Shown here: positions 16,273 to 20,000 of the stretch, piece after piece
Layout: the number at the start of each line of letters is the position of its first letter
Position numbering within the stretch: the first letter of the stretch is position 1
From: an uncultured virus (IMG/VR IMGVR_UViG_3300038424_000133)
Taxonomy: Duplodnaviria; Heunggongvirae; Uroviricota; Caudoviricetes
Strand: one strand, 5' to 3'
IMG/VR virus record: IMGVR_UViG_3300038424_000133
DNA length: 20,000 nucleotides
Position numbers and translations under genes: made by a program
Notes under the pieces: generated by a model
Database searches by the model: none
The model's input: the letters and a program-made list of their open reading frames with translations, nothing else
Told to the model about the DNA's origin: nothing

Positions 16273-16349
16273 TAAGTAATTATTTAATGAACCAGAAGCC
16301 TTAAATAGATAAAGTGATATTTATTAATATTAAAATTAGAAGGAATTAA

Positions 16350-16904
16350 ATGTTAACTGTTTATGATAATATAGGTTTAGATTTTGAACACCAAGTTTTT
16401 AATGCTTTACGGGCTTCTGGATTAAGTAATTATTTAACATTCAAAAACCCAATTAATCAACCTGATGAATGGAAACGCCAAATTGGACATGGATGCGACT
16501 TTAAACTTCAATTACCAAACGGCAAAAAATTCAATATTGAAGCAAAATATATGACCAGTGACTACCCATATCGAGTTGCTTGGTTCTATAACGATGTTAC
16601 AACCAGATTCTCAGGCGAAGGCTATGACCCAAACACTATCAACATTGTAGTCACGAATCGCCCAGCTAATTTAGCCGAATCCAAAGCAGTCAAGGCGGCG
16701 GTGAAGAGGTTTGCTGTAAATATTAGATTTATCACTATTACTGAATTATTATCAATTGTAACTACTACATTACAAGAAATAACCAAAATAATCAAGAGAT
16801 GTGTGACCTATATTAATAATTATAGCTATAGCATAGATGAACTTTACCACAATGTTTATAAGAGTCCATTGAATAATATTATTAGTGATAAAAATGGAAT
16901 ATGA
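16350..16904 (+). CDS. PD-(D/E)XK nuclease-fold protein
   Basis: GLDFEHQV...GCDFKL...NIEAK; TTAAATA box at about 16301. Confidence 0.7.
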   Translation: MLTVYDNIGLDFEHQVFNALRASGLSNYLTFKNPINQPDEWKRQIGHGCDFKLQLPNGKKFNIEAKYMTSDYPYRVAWFYNDVTTRFSGEGYDPNTINIVVTNRPANLAESKAVKAAVKRFAVNIRFITITELLSIVTTTLQEITKIIKRCVTYINNYSYSIDELYHNVYKSPLNNIISDKNGI

Positions 16905-17229
16905 AAAACTGGTAGAAAATTATAAATTAGCTTGGAAAGACAGAGAAAAAAGTCATATTCAAGAAATGATTAGAAGAAGTATATTACTTGAAAATAAGAG
17001 AGAAAAATATATTAAAATAAATGGATGTGTAGAAGGAGAATTTATAATTATTCGGAGAGCAAGAGAAGAACACGAATGCCATGAGTGTAATATGCCAATT
17101 ATTAAAGGTTTATTTTATGTGGAAGACCACCTTAAATATTATGTTAGCCATCATAGGGGTGGATGGAATAAATTTTATACAAATAAAATTTGTTTAAACT
17201 GTTGGAAAGGTCCACTACCAAAATATTAG
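16885..17229 (+). CDS. Hypothetical zinc-finger protein
   Basis: RAREEHECHEC.....G..Y...ICLNC; true start may be ATG 16894. Confidence 0.6.
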   Translation: MIKMEYEKLVENYKLAWKDREKSHIQEMIRRSILLENKREKYIKINGCVEGEFIIIRRAREEHECHECNMPIIKGLFYVEDHLKYYVSHHRGGWNKFYTNKICLNCWKGPLPKY

Positions 17230-17299
17230 TTTTTATTTAAGTTGTAACTTAAACGTAACCTTTATTAAGGAGTTTGTCATTATTAACTAAGTGATAAAT

Positions 17300-17788
17300 A
17301 TGCCTTACATAACTAAAGAACAAAGACCACCTTTCGATGAATTGATTGGTGAAATATTAGTTTGGGTTAATGGTCCACTTTGTACAGATGATGCAATAGC
17401 AATTTTAGCCATTAAATTTAAAGAAGAAATCGTTTATCATAAACCCGAAATTCAAGATGGTGAATTCAATTACTTCTTAACTAAACTTATGATTAAATTA
17501 AACTGGATAGATGGGATGACCTATTATTCTTATTTGGAAACATCCAAGAAAATTAACAAGTTAGTTTGTGAATGCTTAACAATCTACAGTACGCCAAAGC
17601 CATCTTACTATAACTATAATAGAGCTATAGGAATGCTTAATTGTTGCCAACTTGAGTTTAAGCGTAGATATGGAAATAGCAGGGCGGCGTTACCAATAAT
17701 GTTCCTGCAAATGATAATCAAAAAACTCTATGAAGAGATAGGTGTGTACGAAGATATAAAGATAAGTATGAATGGTGATGTTATATGA
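17300..17788 (+). CDS. DUF6899-like viral protein
   Basis: MPYITKEQR, GEFNYFLTKL, YNRAIGML.C..LEFKRR, YEDIKI..NGDV. Confidence 0.65.
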   Translation: MPYITKEQRPPFDELIGEILVWVNGPLCTDDAIAILAIKFKEEIVYHKPEIQDGEFNYFLTKLMIKLNWIDGMTYYSYLETSKKINKLVCECLTIYSTPKPSYYNYNRAIGMLNCCQLEFKRRYGNSRAALPIMFLQMIIKKLYEEIGVYEDIKISMNGDVI

Positions 17789-17889
17789 ATTGTCCTAAAT
17801 GTGGAACTAAAGTTATTGCTGAAAATCAACCAGAAGATGTTAATGAAATTTTATGGTTAAAATGCCCAAAATGTGGGTGGAAAAACTAA
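17785..17889 (+). CDS. Small zinc-ribbon protein (34 aa)
   Basis: MNCPKCGTK...KCPKCGWKN; ATGA and TAATG coupling on both sides; GGTGA RBS. Confidence 0.65.
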   Translation: MNCPKCGTKVIAENQPEDVNEILWLKCPKCGWKN

Positions 17890-18443
17890 TGAAAGAAAGT
17901 GTTGGCTTAATGTTTTCAGGCGGTGTTGATTCGATTGTTTGTTTATCTGAACTTGTTAAGCAGGGTATAGTTCCAAAGTTATTCCTATTTCAAACTTGGA
18001 AAATGAAGAATTATCATGTTCAACAAATTAAGCGTAATGCAAGGCGAATATCACCTAATTCTCAAATTTATGTATTTAAACCACGAACTATAGATTACTG
18101 TGCTACTTGGGAAACAAGATGTGATTCTAAAGACTTTTATAGTGTTTCAATGGATGAATATTGCAAACATCGTTTTTATCCATTAGAATTAGTTAATAAA
18201 TTAGTTATTGGATATGTTGACCATGAAATAAGGGGTAAACGTAGGAAAGGCGAAATAGGACTTGCTCAACCTATGTTAATGAATTATGCTGTTCAATATA
18301 GATACCCATTAATATTTCCATTAAGAGGTAAAACAACACGGCAAGTAGATGAAATGTTTAAAGCTTTATCAATAGAAGTTCAACAAAATACTTTATCATC
18401 AACAAGAGAGTATGAGTTTGGTGGGGCACACTTAAATGGGTAA
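17889..18443 (+). CDS. PP-loop (HUP) ATP pyrophosphatase, QueC-like N-terminus
   Basis: VGLMFSGGVDS motif, LIFPL; start re-assigned to the coupled ATG at 17889. Confidence 0.7.
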   Translation: MKESVGLMFSGGVDSIVCLSELVKQGIVPKLFLFQTWKMKNYHVQQIKRNARRISPNSQIYVFKPRTIDYCATWETRCDSKDFYSVSMDEYCKHRFYPLELVNKLVIGYVDHEIRGKRRKGEIGLAQPMLMNYAVQYRYPLIFPLRGKTTRQVDEMFKALSIEVQQNTLSSTREYEFGGAHLNG

Positions 18444-18831
18444 TTCTGCCATTGTAGAGTGGGAAGAAATTAGGGGAGACGCATCCTATTTTATGTATGG
18501 TCAAGATGAACCAAACGGTGAACTGAAAAGAATAATAACAATATCAATAAATCATATTAACAGTCTTGGAGTATTTATTCATGAAATCAATGAGTGTGAA
18601 TTAACTGATGTATTTGTTAAATTTGGAATTGAAAATATGAAAGTACCATTTAAATCTCAGTCTGCTGTAGATATACGCACTATTAATATAACAAAAAAGA
18701 TGGTTAAAAAATATTCAGAATTTCAATTAATTAAGGAAAAAGATGTCATAGTTTCCCATATGATTAGTCCTTATGGCATCTCACAAGGTAACTGCTTAAT
18801 TGATAGAAATAAAAATCGAGTAAGATGGTAA
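18436..18831 (+). CDS. Hypothetical protein
   Basis: Coupled ORF; contains FIHEINE (HExxE-like). Confidence 0.55.
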   Translation: MGNSAIVEWEEIRGDASYFMYGQDEPNGELKRIITISINHINSLGVFIHEINECELTDVFVKFGIENMKVPFKSQSAVDIRTINITKKMVKKYSEFQLIKEKDVIVSHMISPYGISQGNCLIDRNKNRVRW

Positions 18832-18872
18832 ATATAAAAAATTGGTTGATTAATAGACAACCATTGTGGTAT

Positions 18873-19325
18873 TTAAGTTGGAACTATTGTTACTACCCAA
18901 TCTGTTGCTTGACCAGATGCTTCTTCACCAATTATGTCGTCTGCTTTACCAGTCCTTGGTCTCCACTTATAGAGTCTTGCATTAGTAATAGATATTACTG
19001 CATTTGATGTTGCTCCACCACCAATTGGAACGCCGCTATTAGTGATTAAATCCCCTTCAAGTTCGAACTGTATTTCATTCAAAAACAAATTGAATAATAA
19101 GTTTTCCTGTGTTGCATCTGTATAGTACCATCGTGTAATGCTGAATGTGCAAGTCTTAGAGCCTGCTGAATGTTTCCTAACTCTTGAACCATAATACGGT
19201 TCTGCTCCGCCTTCATAACCAAGCTGGATGTCAAAGCCTTCGACAACACCTATAACATAGACTGTACTACCAACGGTTGCTTTTATTAACATATTTATAC
19301 ATCTAAATGGTCCTGACTGACTCAT
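18873..19325 (-). CDS. Probable tail tube protein
   Basis: 150 aa, beta-rich: IGVVEGFDI..EPYYGSR...CTFSITRWY...ISITNA...IIGEEASG; GGTGA RBS; shared late promoter. Confidence 0.6.
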   Translation of the reverse strand: MSQSGPFRCINMLIKATVGSTVYVIGVVEGFDIQLGYEGGAEPYYGSRVRKHSAGSKTCTFSITRWYYTDATQENLLFNLFLNEIQFELEGDLITNSGVPIGGGATSNAVISITNARLYKWRPRTGKADDIIGEEASGQATDWVVTIVPT

Positions 19326-19365
19326 ACTTTCACCTTCTAATATTGGTTTATATTTAATTTAAACA

Positions 19366-19381
19366 ACTATTTAAATCTTTT
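19366..19381 (-). promoter_or_regulatory. Putative late promoter AAAAGATTTAAATAGT
   Basis: Third identical copy. Confidence 0.7.
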
Positions 19382-19485
19382 GTAGTAAATTATCACTATT
19401 TACAATTATTGTTTGGACTAAAAATTAACCAAAACATTTATATACTATAACACTATTGTTGTATAGCAGGGAAGTTAGATACTAT

Positions 19486-19686
19486 ATGAAAAGAATAAAA
19501 ATTAAAGATAATACTCCACAGATAAAATATAAAGGTAGAAAATTTGAAATCGAAAGTGATGGCACATATCATGGTACAAAAGTTAAAATAAATGGTAATG
19601 ACACTCTAAAAATAAAATCTCTAATTTTAGATTGTGGAAGTCCAACTCAACCACCAACTATAAAAATGGAAGTGTTTGATTTATGA
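19486..19686 (+). CDS. Hypothetical protein
   Basis: ATG 19486 downstream of a TTTATATA box at about 19437. Confidence 0.55.
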   Translation: MKRIKIKDNTPQIKYKGRKFEIESDGTYHGTKVKINGNDTLKIKSLILDCGSPTQPPTIKMEVFDL

Positions 19687-20000
19687 GTATAAAAATAACT
19701 GATGTTGTTAGTTGGAAATTAAACCCTGCAACAGACTGTATAGAATTAACAGTTAATATGCCTAAATCAATGATTCCAGAAGTTGCACAAAATGAACCTG
19801 ACCAAGCAATAGTTGAAGTTCCAGAGACTAAGTTTGCTGAAATGATAGATATACTTCCAACACTTGAAGATAAAAAGAAACTTAAAGACTTGCTTGACAC
19901 ATTATATAAAGTCAGAAAAGACCGATTGCTTACTATTGATGCACTCAGTAAAGAATGTGAAGAGATGAAAAAATTACATGAAGATTTAAGAAAGCGGTTC
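19683..20000 (+). CDS. Hypothetical protein (partial, runs off window end)
   Basis: ATGA-coupled start; MSIKITDVVSWKLNPATDCIELTV... open to the edge. Confidence 0.6.
   Translation, partial: MSIKITDVVSWKLNPATDCIELTVNMPKSMIPEVAQNEPDQAIVEVPETKFAEMIDILPTLEDKKKLKDLLDTLYKVRKDRLLTIDALSKECEEMKKLHEDLRKRF

Noticed and set aside
17910..17918. Exact match to spacer ATGTTTTCA
   Set aside because: AT-rich 9-mer expected by chance in an AT-rich 20 kb; partner spacer has no proper adjacent opposite-strand match.
17889..18443. Calling the PP-loop gene queC
   Set aside because: No C-terminal Cys zinc motif and no other que genes in the window.
1262..19900. Short antisense or nested ORFs from the track (e.g. 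1262, 2905, 2994, 5676, 7088, 8452, 9028, 9056, 10923, 12360, 13059, 13303, 14485, 15598, 18825, 19658)
   Set aside because: They overlap better-supported genes or arrays and lack RBS and recognisable motifs; likely shadows.
1..20000. tRNA/rRNA genes, inteins, integrase/att sites
   Set aside because: None recognisable by eye; intergenic gaps are short and mostly accounted for by promoters.

Overview
AT-rich fragment of a head-tailed archaeal virus or provirus (Caudoviricetes-like). Evidence: archaeal TATA promoters, GGTGA ribosome-binding sites, archaeal-type RadA, primase and LysW; a Bathyarchaeia-like host is a tentative guess. Most genes run on the minus strand: probable portal (partial), nucleotide-metabolism genes, a PriS-PriL fusion primase, RadA, a LysW-like carrier, HK97-type major capsid protein, scaffold, prohead protease, a ParB-like fusion and a tail-tube-like gene. 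The main feature is a TIGR-Tas-like RNA-guided locus at about 13.5-15.95 kb. It has a nuclease-less Nop-domain (TasA-like) gene and three blocks of 36-nt dual-repeat/dual-spacer units (TGTGAACCW-N9-TGTAAAACT-N9), one of them inside the tas ORF. Between the two main arrays lies an apparently circularly permuted calcineurin-like metallophosphoesterase, a candidate new partner/effector. All family calls are from motif recognition, not database searches.
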